A DNA stretch of 64,000 nucleotides, from positions 13,390,050 through 13,454,049 of the forward strand of contig NC_134026.1 of NCBI RefSeq assembly GCF_964204645.1. The letters are read 5' to 3'. This DNA comes from Tubulanus polymorphus. Taxonomy: Eukaryota > Animalia > Nemertea. The notes under the pieces are model-generated. The model was not told the DNA's origin and ran no database searches. It saw nothing but the letters and a program-made list of their open reading frames with translations. Of the stretch, positions 1 through 13,300 are shown piece after piece. Each line of letters opens with the position of its first letter. The first letter of the stretch is position 1. The translations under genes were made by a program, and so were the position numbers.

Positions 1-223
1 ATAGAAGAGGCGCGAACCAAGTGTATAGGGGTAAAATTTCCGATTCAATATGTTCTAAGGAGAGGTTAGCTAAAATCGGCGAGAGGGGGTCAACCATAGC
101 GAAACCATATATTTGCTCAAAGAAAATGCCATAACATTGAAAATAGTAAAATCTTTTATGTAATAATTCATCTCCAAAATGAATTTAAAAAAAGCAAAAA
201 AGCAATTTAAAAAAGCAAAAAAA

Positions 224-488
224 ATACTTTAAATTCTCGCGTTGTACTAACATTACAGTAACTTAAATTTGCTGATATTTTATCTCCATATTTAGTTTTT
301 ACCTTTTCTAATTTTAATATTTTATGATCAATTTCTTTTGTTACATCGACTAACTTTTTCAAATTGTCTTTTTGCTGGTGTTATTCTGTTATTTATTGTC
401 GCTAAGAATCTCCCATTTACTGCTTGTGATGATGAGTGGTGTGTCGCCCTCTCGTCCTCTCCTCTGAAGCCCTGATTTTCCAATTACT
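224..488 (-). mobile_element. Decayed Polinton terminus: short TIR plus pseudogene of the terminal 108-aa ORF
   Basis: The minus strand from 488 reads AGTAATTGGAAAATCAGGGCTTCAG...CACCACTCATCA, like the ends at 13505 and 27703. 224-416 is a frameshifted homolog of ORF 28042-28368 (KKLVDVTKEIDHKILKLEKVKTKYGDKISANLSYCNVSTTREFKVF). Confidence 0.85.
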
Positions 489-1397
489 TCCAGCTATCAG
501 TGGCGTTTCGTGAATCGCGTTTACAAGTAGATGCGGATGGAGCGGATACCAAGTCCAACACCACACATGGGGAATTATTTGTTATGGCCAATTACAATTT
601 TCTATTCCGAACGTTCCAATTACCCCACGAGTGTACTTATAATGAATAAATAACAATGGGTATGAAAGAGATGATTTTTAGGGATCAATAGTTTAAAAGG
701 GAAATATATCTATACCGTTATTGGTGGCTCGCACCTCAGCGGTCACCTAGCACTTGGGTGCAAATATCGCTGTATTAAAGCATTTCTCGCAGTTTAACTG
801 GTTCCTTCGAGCTCTGGTCGTTGGATGTTTCGGATCGTGGGCCATAGGAACATGTGTTGTAAGTTGGAAATTTTACTGTATTTTTGTCACTTTGAATTTA
901 TACTTTAGTAGCTAGTGCAACTGAGAAATGTAGTATTTTACGTGGTTTAAGGCACTTTCGTTACCTATTATTAACGTGTATTCTTATTTAGTTGTTAATT
1001 AGACCGAAGTCGTTTTCAATTGTGTTACCTTCAAAGTAACGCCATACTTGGCAATATTTGCTATTAAGTCTGTTTATTGCATGCATTCTTTGAGACGTTA
1101 TTGTTCTAACATCAATGTCTTTAGCTTAGTATTTATCAAGGGAAATAAAGATTAATACATCATTATTCACCAACAAGACGCGTTAATCAATTATGGTCGG
1201 GGATTGCCATCGCCCACTATACCACCCCACGCCCCCCCCCCCAACCCACACACACACCTAATACGAATCCGAGGATCCAACAGGGTACTAATGTGAATGA
1301 ATTTAGATTTTCATATTCAAACATCCTTAAGATCGGCCTGCATTTTTAATGGGACACCCAGTAATAAAGATCATATATTGGCCAATCAGGGTCTTAC

Positions 1398-4300
1398 CGT
1401 TACTGATAAATTTGGCCACATATCCGTTTTTGTACTCCACGCATTGGAAAAATCGACAATTTTCTCCCCAGGTTGCGTCGACTTGAACACAGGTCCCGTT
1501 ATTTGTTTGACATCCTAAAATACATGGTATGGTACAGTTAAGTTTATATATATTTTCCTCGGACACCGAGGTTTAAATTCAGTATCCGTTATTTCTATAT
1601 ATACATCTATGATTTTTCTTTTTCGTTCGTTATCACTAAAGCTAGGTAGAGCTTAGTAAATGATGTTGGCTTTTCGGCATTTACCGTCCAATGGGCATGG
1701 TTCCTTTTTTTCTACAGATATACGGTGTATTTTCACGATTTTGAGCTGTTTTTGCGAGGATTTGTGCTGTTCAATATTATTTCTAATATTTGGTATACAA
1801 CTTTAACATAATTTGGGGTAATATAATGGGGAACCCGAACTGCTACTTTGGCTATCGAGGATTCCACGTATGGCAGGCGAGGATCCGTGAGGTAGATGGT
1901 TGGTTTTCCGCGTTCAATTTCCTTCTACATTTCGATTAAATCTGAATGAACATTTCCCTTAAATGAATCAATTATTCATGAAAAATATTATCGAAATCGG
2001 ATAAGAAGAATTCTCATAATTGGCGAGTCCTGTGATGATTGCATGTGGATTCAGGGGTCTAAAAATCAAGTTCAAAGTTAATCGAAAATGAACTAATGTT
2101 GACAATGAGCAGCATACTGCTCGTCGCGCCATCTGGTGGGATAGCTCGTTTTGCGGGCACCCCATTTAAAATAGGTAAGTTTCAATAAGTTTTGTATTTC
2201 TTTCATTTCTCACCACCAATGGATTTCTGCATCGATAATATGCCCGTTTGATTGATGCATTTATATCTAATGCATTTAATTGTGATGAGACTATTTTCTT
2301 TTAAGCAGGTCCCATCTGATTGCAAACATCCTGATAAAAGAGAATACAGAATTATTAATTGAGGTGAACCACAAACTGTTACGCATATAGGACAAGCTGT
2401 ACAACCACTGGCCAAATTGACTAGTGCTACTGGTAAGCACGCTCGTTTTCTGCTTACGCCACCAGGGTTCGGTCACCAGTTAGTCTGTGTAATTGCATTG
2501 AAACATCTCTTGGTCGTTACACCACCATCTTCAATTCCACAAATAAATAAACTTGTCTCGACATCACTTGCATAATCATTGCATTCATGTCCAGAAATGG
2601 GGAACTGGCACCGCTTCTGTGGCAATCGAGGATTCCACGTATGACAGGAGAGGATCCGCCAGGATCGCTTGTAGTTACTCGGTAACCACACTTCGATTTC
2701 TTCCACATTTCAATTAAACTTTAGTCAACTTTTCTCATTAGTAAATCAATTTCTAATAAAACTATATCACACACTTATTAGGAACGTCAATCTTTTTGAT
2801 GACAGTATTTGACTTTTCCTTTTCGCAGCCTAAAAATCCTATTCAAAGTTCATTGAAAATGAACTTTTCTTCACTACGTATAACTGAGTGTATTGTAGCG
2901 CCATCTGGTTTATGCCGATACCCCATTCCACAGAACAGAACGTCCGAAATATCTGAAGGATTTTTTCTCCAATTAAGCCGGAAATTTCCCTGAAGATTAT
3001 TTGCCGGGGATCCAGATTTCTGGAGGATTTTTCAGCAAGATTTTTGGCTGGGGTTGAGGCGGACATGCAGAATTCCGGGCGAACAACAAAGTATTGAATC
3101 AAAGTATCGAAATGGTCTAGAGGGCAGGGTTTAGAGTCGTAGGGTTTGGATGTTATCTGCCGGCATTTTCCAGAAGTTTCCGGAAAATTTCCGTACTCAT
3201 TAACCATAGCTGCATCGTTCTATTTATTGTACATGTATCGTTGACAACTACGTACGTTCATCAATAGCCGATAATGCAAATTGTAAACGTTATATAATTG
3301 AGCTAGATACGTCTACATCTCCAGGGGGCGTAAACAACTCCAAATTTTACAAACAAATACAATGTGAAATACATAGCTGGAAATCAGTGATAATGAATGG
3401 TTAAATATGTCATATGCTCTGATTTTCTGAACAATTGTAGGCTTGTAGAAAAATGTATCTAGATGCCCGATTAGACATAATGATAAGTGTTACAGGTAAC
3501 GGAATATCCAGTCGACGGAGTAGCCTAGGGACGATTAGGGTCAGATACATTCCATTCTCTACATGTATCCTATTTTTGCGTTATGTTATATACGAATACA
3601 ATATGCTTTTAAACTCATCAAAAGATATTTGACTAAACACCTCTTATTCTCATTGACATACCTGCTTTGACAATCACTGCATGGTAGAAATTCCGGCTTT
3701 TCCTACATTCAAGTGTCGTGCAATGCTTTTTTGATGTCCATCGATCTCCAACTTTACGACAAGAGCCTTTATCGTCAATGCATCCTGTATCATGAAAATT
3801 AACCGATATCGTAGTTTCGTTAAGGGTTTATGTTTTGGTTATCTCGATTTATAAAGATTCGTATACTATCAGTTATACCGTTACTGATGAATCTGGCCAC
3901 ATATCCTCTATTGTCCTCTATGCACTGAAATAGTTTACATTTCTCTTCCCACGTTCCATTGAGGTTGACACATGTGGTCGCATTTGTTGGGCATCCTAAG
4001 ATGAATTGAGCATAGATATGTTTAAATACTCATTCACCATCGATAAAGGACTCATACGACGACGGTGTACTCATATTATATCATAATAAACGCTTTAAAC
4101 AATAAATGATTGGAACGAAAAATCATATTTTCCTGAAAAAAATTGTTAATTCTCACCGCCATTGATTTTTTCCATAATGAATTTTCCTGTTTTGTTGCTA
4201 CATTTATAATCAATGCAGTTGATCCTGATGACGCCATTTTCTTTTAGGCACATCCCATCTGCCTGTAAACATCCTGATGAAGACAATTTGTGACTTGAGC

Positions 4301-7300
4301 GAGCATGGAATGAATTTGCTAATGCCATTAGTACAATAGAGAGCTCAACGTTTACCATACAGTAGTGGAAGAGAGGCCACAAATATCGACTTGCCGATAC
4401 GCGGCAGCAGAGGCAACTCTGTCCACCAAGTATACGCGGAGACAATTAAGAAAAGGACCTTCTTTCAATTAATTGAATTGTCGTTAAAGATAATGCGTGC
4501 ATCGAAACGTTGTATGCATTTACGTGGGGATAGATGAGCTCATGCTATCTGATAAAAAGTGCTGCCTGGATAATTGCAGTTAGGGGAGGAGAAATTTCGT
4601 ATAGATTATCGACCAAACACTCAGGGGTTTGTTCTAAGCATTTTTGATGATAATTATTCTACAATACAATACAATACAATACAATACAATACAATACAAT
4701 TAACAAATACATGTCAAATATCTTTTTACGGCTAAGATACCTTTTTTCTTCTAATCAATTTAATCAATCATTTTGTGAACTGCACTAAAATTTGTGATCA
4801 GTTAATTTCTATAACTGGTGTGTTTTATCGGTATCAATTTTTTAACCAAACTTCAGCTCATCACCTCAATGCCATTAGTAGATTTGTTGTTAGGCGTTTG
4901 AACGATACTAGCCAGCATACAACATACACCAGCATATACATATATTAGCCTTTTCGCTGCCCTGGTACTGCCGCTGGTGTATTCATCAAACTAATATAAA
5001 GATTAGTGTTTTATTGCTTGGTCTGTGTATCTTTAGTTCTGACACATAGAATTTTTCATCCTGCGAATGTATATACTTGGTTGCTTGTATTTTGGTCATT
5101 CCGCCTGACGATGGCTGTAAGTCAACAGCCCAAACAATTTGGTTTTAAAGTAATAAATAATAAAATATAGCTGCAAGCAGCGATAACGGGTCGTTCAGGG
5201 ATGCGAGCAAAGATCTCACCCGAAATCAGTTCGTTACATTCCGTTCAGTTCGTTACATTCCGTTTTTTGAAAGAGTGCCACCTAGGGGTCAACTCACAAC
5301 ATGGATACGTTGACCCACATGTGCTACTACGCGCATGTGCTACTACGCGCAAAGTTCTAATGTGCCAGGTTTTGGGGGAAATAACATCGAGAAGAACGAA
5401 GCTACGGTGTTTTTACCATTCTCTAGTGACAGTTTAAGCGCATATTTGGTTATTATTAGTTCCAAAAAAAAGTCGACTAGATAATAAAACCGAATTTGGC
5501 CCAAAGCACAAAGTTGGCCTATAGGGTAAACTATGCAGGAGGGAAGACCTTATAGTGTTACTATTAGTAGAGGAGTGACAAGTCAGTCTGACTGACAAGT
5601 CAAGCGATCAGATGGGGACTACAATTCACATATGAAATTGACGTCCAATAACCATTATAAAAACATAATCACGAACGGTACCATCACTCCCCATTACTGC
5701 AAGTTATGTGATGTTTCAGAGCATCCACGAAACAACCAACGCGCACGCGCGAATACGCGGGACTTGGCCAATTCTAAGAGATATCCACGAAAATTGGGAT
5801 TCGAACACGCAAGCACGAGAGTGCTAGCCTAACGTTTCCCCTCAGCGCTATTGCCGAAGCTACGTGGAAACGCAACTTTTTAACTACTTATAGCCTCATC
5901 CTCACCCTACCCTATTATAATATGTAACGGAACGTAACCCTAACAATAACCCTTCCCCTAACCCTAACCCTCTGGACCCTAAAACCCTGGACCCTAAACC
6001 CTATCCATTCTGCTATTCAAAAAGCCGCCATTTTGTACCTTTCCAATATCACTTCCGTTCTAAAACTGCTCTAAAAATGCTCAAAAACATTGCGTCCAAC
6101 AATTTCTTACTTATATTCGCGATTGTATTTCAGCACCCCTTCCCCAGTTTGCCCTTCTTTAATTCTGTTTAGCCTGTAACTTTTTAACGTGGCACATTGT
6201 GATGCTGGATTTTTCTCATTCACAGAGATGACACGAAGCAGGTATACGAGACACAGCTATGTCGAGTATACACAAAAGATATGCCAAATGATGTAGCTCT
6301 ACACCTGGCCCTGGAACATAATTATTCAAATAAACGCGTATTGGACACGGAGTTCGTCGACTTCGTAAAAACAATGCGCATTGCATTGTTCTCAAAAGCT
6401 AACTTAAGAAATATAGGGCTGGACCCACCATCTGACCAAAGGACGATACAGAATTGGAAGATATCCCTTGAAGTTTTCTTTGGAATGCAGGTTACAATCG
6501 TTTACGTCAAATGCTTCTTGAAATTATTCGCATATTCAATGTTTTATTAAAAGCTTTTAATGGTATTGTTTACTTATTTATAGAGAAAACAACTAAACAA
6601 CACTTATCGAATCCATATGCGAGCCGCTTAGTTTAACTCAGAGATTTGGAAGTTGTGGGTTGATTTTTACACAAAGTGGAGTGAAGGGGATCTGATAGGC
6701 CAACTTTATGATTCCAAAGGCTATATGGATGAGCGCCCGTTAAGACCAATTACGGTGAAAACCGTTACCCCATTAATGCGGCTAGACAATAAACAAATGG
6801 AGTATACCCTCAGGAAACTTATCGACCGCAAATTAGAGATTAAGAATATTACTCTGCATGTATCTGAAATGTAAGAACTGTCGTAATCGAAGTTGTAAAT
6901 CAAATAGTAAATTAATCAATACCATCCGATGTACAATTTTATTACACCACAATTAAAAACGTACAAATTTTCGGACTCTCATTCAGGTTTGTTTGAATCG
7001 TTTCAAGGGGTATGGGATGAGGAATGTTTAGTAAAAGAGTGAGCGAAATTTAGAGCGTAATTTACGCACGAGAAGGAGTCGCTATTCTTTTTCCGCTATT
7101 CTACCAGTTAATAAATTAGCTTATAAAGATAGTTAATTGATTTTAAAACCTTGAGCTGTCATTAGATAATATTCTGATTTTCAGGCTGAAGTCAAGTGCA
7201 CAGGTACCCCAGAAAGTACCTAGTTCTAAGGTACGGTTTAAATCAACGTAACTATTACGACTTATGCGTTTTTCCGTGAAATTATGAATAACAAGAATCG

Positions 7301-10300
7301 TTTCTTACAGATAAATTTGCATAGTGGAATGGAGTTCGAAACCACTCGTAATGAAGACGGCAAAAGAAACATTTAAAAAAAAATCTATCCCACCTCCCCT
7401 ATTCACTCAAAGATGGGTCCGCTCATTATTATTTCTATTTCCACACAGAGTACACGACTAAATTACGTTGACTCAGAACCGACAACCAACTTGAGTCTCG
7501 AGATCTCCGAAATTCCAGTGCACCAGGGTGAAACAATGGATAGTCTTTCATCTGAGCTTGACGCAATTAAGGTAAAGCATCCATCAATATTCATAGTAAA
7601 ATGCTATGAGAAGCCAAATATGCAACACAAATATTTTATTCTAATGTATATATCCGCATATTTCAAGGAAAAGTCTTCCATGCTGGAACGGACAGTAGAG
7701 AAATTTAGAAAAAAAGAGCAATCTGAAGTATGCTACCCGGTGTTCTACTGAAAAAATCTCCATTAATTCACTACATAAATATTTTAACTTAAAAACTTGG
7801 TATTTAGGAGTCATTGCGTGTACTGAAAGTTAAAAATATATGTTTAGAGGATGAATTAAAGCGACTGAAGGTACCAATACTGGTTTAATGATTAAACATT
7901 ATCTTCTAAAATGTCGCTTGTAATGCTTCTTTAGAAATTTAATTCATAGAATTATTCAAACATATCTTATGTTTTTATAGCAAAGTCATACTGAGATAAG
8001 GAAATAAGACATTTAAAAAAGGTGGGCATGAGCTGGATTTATGGTTTATTATTGTAATGCATTAAATCAAAGTTAATTGTGATGAGTTAAATTTTTCGTT
8101 TACCTGTGAATTTACAAACACTATTTCAATTTCGATTGTTATTTCAGATTGAATCAGCTGCAAAAAAAACGAAAAATCCAGGCAGGAGAAGTCGTTATGT
8201 CACCGTAATATTATTCGGAAGTTTTAGCACCTTAAGCTGCTGTGTAGTGAATTTTCAAATATTTATTCTTGGAAGTTATCTAATTTGATAATTCTAATTA
8301 ATATTTTCTGATTTTCATATATCAATCTCAATTCATGATATTCAAATCCTTTCACTCATTGATTTGATGAATAAAACATTGGACCTATATAATGAATCGT
8401 GATAAACACATTTTATTACGATATTTCTTAATATAGTCGAGATGGTTAATATAAGTGTCGTGTCAACAGATTTCGACAAAAGCCTTTCTCTGTACGACGT
8501 TGGCGATGATTCCCTAGCAACAGAGGTATGATACGACTCTACGTTAAAATATGTATTTGATTGCATCTGAATAAGCTTTATTTTTTTATCTTAACTTATT
8601 CTTTATTTCTATTTCCGGATTCAAGAAGGTGATGTCTTGTTGGTTGATTGGGTCGGGTATGGCATATATTCAGCTGTATATAAGGATGGAATGCTGTGGA
8701 ATGCGAAGAAGCCAGTTTATAAGAATAACCGACATGTCAGTAATTCAGAAGATTATTTATTATTGAATGCTGAAGATAAACAAGAACTGAAATGTGCAAG
8801 GAAGACTTGTATATGTAAAGTTCCAGCTTCACTGGACGATGTTGAATCATCAATAATTGGAGTAAAAGATGCTTGGATTTACCTAATGGTGAAAAAATAT
8901 ATACAGAGTAAAATGTAAATATATCTATTTAGCCCAATATTTAGCCGTTATAAAGACTTGATTTAGACACCGATAATACCGATTAGACGCGGATATTGTC
9001 ACGAAGAATAACTCAATGTGCATACTTCAGATCACTGCTGGATATTCATAACACTTGAAAGTCAGAGCATTCATTGAACACTGTAGTTGGTTTATTTGCT
9101 AGTCTAGATTACTATTCGAACACTATCAAATTGCCACGATTTAGCGGAAATCCACCCACTTAAAGTGGATTACCATGAATTAAACCGAAGAACGCATACC
9201 AACGCTATAATCCCGGAGTGACAATATATCAATATTATATATTAATATACGTAATTGCTAGGCCTATATTAATATACATAATTGCTAGGCCTATATTAAT
9301 ATACATAATTGCTAGGCCTATATAATTTCATACCAGTTAATTTTTTATCAATATGTGTTTGGTTATTTTTACGTTCCTGTAGGGTAGAATAGAATATTGA
9401 GTGTTGAGTCTGAACCGAATATTGTTCATTGTCTAATAAAGTTAGCTGCGCATTTTTGAAATTTTTGCTTTGTTTTCTACTTTCTTGAAGTCGATTATTT
9501 GGTGGATTTTAGAATTCTTATTTCGTGTTGAAATGAGGTCCGCATATCACAGTATTTGAGTCTATTTTGGTCAGAGGCTTGGATTTTGACATTCCATGCC
9601 AAAATGAGTTCCCAGAACTCACTGTTGCTGGGTTTTTGGTAACGCTAGCCATCGAGGATAGGAATTTGATAATACCGGTGTCCGCTGTGCGTAAATCAAT
9701 GACATAATAACAAAACATTGCCGATTCTAAGCCGGCTTGAAAATGAGGTTAAGTGGCTCCCGTGGCTTCAATTCAAAGAAAACAGGTTCTCACCTACTGC
9801 AAATTTAAGCCCAAAACAGGGAAATTAACTGTATCTTCCTTATTTGTCGCATACATGCTTATAACCGAATATGCGCTTAAACTGTTACTGTTATTTCCCC
9901 CAAAACCTGGAGCATTAGTACTTTGCGCGTAGTAGCACATGTGGCCGTGGGTCAACATATCCATGTTGTGAGTTGACCCCTAGGTGGCACTCTTTCAAAA
10001 AAATGGAATGTAACGAACTGATTTCGGGTGAAATCTATGCTCGCATCCCTGAACGACATTCTATCCAGAAAGGCAGAAACCCGTTATCGCTGCTTGCAGC
10101 TATATTTAACTTAATATTTTTACTCAACATTCTGCATATCTTCAGGTACTGACGGATTGCAGCGTCAAATGAAAAAAAAAAACTTCCAACCGGGGAAGAT
10201 GTATTAGACGACAAACCTTTCCGCAGCAAAAAGACACTACAGTTGGCGTAGAAAAGAGGCACTTAGAAAACTTTATCGCGAAAAGAAGACCGGCTCAACC

Positions 10301-13300
10301 AGCAATGGGTGATGCTGTCAACACCTCATGTACGTCGGATCCGAGGAGATTGAGTGAAGCCCACAATACAATTATGGATTGAGCAAAAAGGCAACAATTT
10401 CCTTATCTGAGCTGACTCTTTACATCCCTATAAGCCATAATTGATTTCAGTAGTCGGATGAGACACTCAAATCCGTGTACACTGTAGATAATCGAAGAAG
10501 TCCCACGGTTCGAATTTACATATGGTATGCTTTGTTTAAACGAAACCACAATGTTTGGATGAACAGAACAAGCAGTTAAACAACAAATGATACCACAACA
10601 ACCACAAAATTCTTAACAGTTCATAATCAATTGATATTATGGGACGAGGTAGAGTAGAAGTGGTCGAGATATCAGAATGAGACATGATGACATTAACCAA
10701 AATCTAATTAAGAAATGATATGTCTAAATTAATTGCAATAATTGATTCTGTGGAGAAATGAAAAAACTATTATTAGAAATATAGCTGCAGAGCAACGATA
10801 GAGGGTTCTGTCTTGCTGAATTTCTTTCCTGGGAGCCTTGGAAGATTTCGTCAAAATAAGTTCATAATAACGTACGGCTTTATTAGGCGGTGTTGTCATA
10901 TCGCGGAAAGACGAAATCGCGGAATTTTCCAAAAACGCGGAATTTCTTCATTTTTACTATAAATAGTAAACGGGTTTTCCCACGGGGATACCCACTGTCG
11001 GACAGGGCACCGGACCCAGGTTTTCAACACCGGGAATTAGTATTTGATAATTTATGATATCGCCAGTCAACAACTTAACGATACTGTTCCAAATAATGGA
11101 GAACCTAGGCAATACGTGCTTTGCGAATTCAGTGATACAGAGTATCGCTGCATTAACTGAAGGAATACAAATCGATGGTACGTAAACGTGGGATTTGTGA
11201 TGACACAATGGGTCATTCTCCAGGACTCAGTTCCGAGTTAAGATTTGACTCTGGTCTCTGGATTTAAAACATTGGAAATGAATTGATACTAAGTAACTCA
11301 GAGTTAACTCACAACTGTGGAACTGGATCGATGTCAGACGAAAATAAATAGACATTATGTATATTTCATTCTGGCTTAGGATTGTTCATGCGTGTTGTGT
11401 GTCTACATTGTTGTTATAAGCGAATGTGGTTTATCTTTTAGAATTAAATGAAATGAAAGATTATAAAATGGTTTCGTTTTTTTTAATGTTGACTTTGTGA
11501 CTGCTATAACATATACGTTCCTATGCTGATTATTTGGATCAAAAGAATCTTATTTTTACCGGTACTGGACGGCCGTAAAATTATAATAATTTCAAAGGAA
11601 TTTGAACCGGTACTTGTTTGGTCGTAGGATTTCATGTTTGCAACCACCTACAACTACGGTCCGACACCGCGAACGTGCTCAATATTCATCTGATAATATT
11701 CGTTTCTGAAGTTCTCAAAAAGTCGATGAACTTCGATAACCGAAGTTTGCCTAGTAGAAATAGACATTAGGTGCCTGGTCTCTTTCACCCCACTTGATTC
11801 TGACTTCTTCTACAGGTGGCAGCCAGTCAACGGTATCGTAATATAATAATTCCATATAAAATTGCCTGCAAATAATGGGATTCGAACCTAACTCGTTGCA
11901 TCGATCGGTCCCGTGCCCTGTCCGACAGTGGGTATCCCCGTGGGGAAACCCGTTTACTATTTAAAGTAAAAATGAAGAAATTCCGCGTTTTTGGAAAATT
12001 CCGCGATTCCGTCTTTCCGCGATATGACAACACCGTTTATTAGGAGCACCACGTAGGAATCTACACATACTGTATATGTGGATGCATAATTGCTACCACG
12101 TAAAAAGTACTGATGTACCAAATTTGGGAAAATAGCTTTGAGGATAACGAAGATATGGTAGTTACACAGTCCCCTGGTGGTAGTTGTATAAACTAATCAT
12201 GCAGGCTGGCATGGTAAGCATATGTATTTACTTACAAAGTTCTATGTAAAATGACTGAATTAAAAAAGCGGATTATGATATGAGTTTTTAAAATAAGCCA
12301 GCTAGTGGTTAAATCGGGAAATAATTATGTGAGGAGATGGTCGTATACGTGTAGGACCTAAGAAATTCTAGGCCGTAGGATCGGGGTATGCAATCAAAAA
12401 ACAAAAGAAAAAGGACCTATCGGTCGGTGGAGCAAACCTTTCTGTGTGTGTAACCCAAATCGTTTCATTTGGGTCGAAAGGTACGACCACACTCTGAGCA
12501 TTTCAATAAGGCTATTTTGAAATGGAAACACTTTCTTGTTTCACTTTCTTTAATGTTTAATTTATTGGCTCTACATGCAACACGCATACAATTAGTACAT
12601 AGCTGTTGTTCCCCAAACAAGGTCAAGGACGGAAGTGCACATTAGGTTAAAATTCGTCGCTTTGAGCATCTATTGCACCCCTTTAAACACCACTTACCAC
12701 GTCTTAGCTCAAATTGACTGTTCTCTAATCTAATGAAAGTTAACTATTGTTTTACCATGAATTTTACCATGAATTTATAATCCCAAGTAGCTTTTGGTGG
12801 TCGTAGTAACTCAAAACATTTGACTAGTCGCGACAGAACGCAAGGCAGCTTTGAATGGTGGGAGTTGAATGATGGGAGTGTAAATTACGGTCTCTGACTT
12901 GACCTTGGACTGACATTACCAATGCAGATATATTCTCCTTGTTTCAAATTATAAAGGTACAAATCACCAAAAATTACATCTAGAGTAATCTTAGATAGAC
13001 ATAATCTAACATTTTATCAATTTAGTCCTTATTGATTTTGTCGCTAAATCCAATTCATATCAAATCAATCACTTCATCAAAAATATTGATATAAAATACG
13101 TTTTCAAAAGGCAAAAAGGTAACTATTTAATGAAATTTAGTAAAGGTTTGATATGACACTAAACTCATTGCATTGCAAGAAACCGAGTTAACTTCGATAT
13201 GACAGTTTAGCGTCAGATGTTCCATGGGAACCCGTAACAACGACTTGTATTTAGTCTAGCATGCATTGTAAGCATGCTCCCAGATTAACGCTACGACGCC

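Larger units (their letters stand above)
5163..10107. mobile_element. ~4.9-kb segment bounded by ~220-bp inverted repeats with terminal hairpins (Helentron/HINE-like ends or a TIR element)
   Basis: 5163-~5387 is the reverse complement of ~9889-10107, with indels. Both ends carry the GCTGC-TT-GCAGC hairpin followed by TATATTT. No clear TSD. Confidence 0.7.

Noticed and set aside
5936-6003. CCCTAA-like run as a telomere
   Set aside because: Only a few degenerate units, internal to a repeat element.
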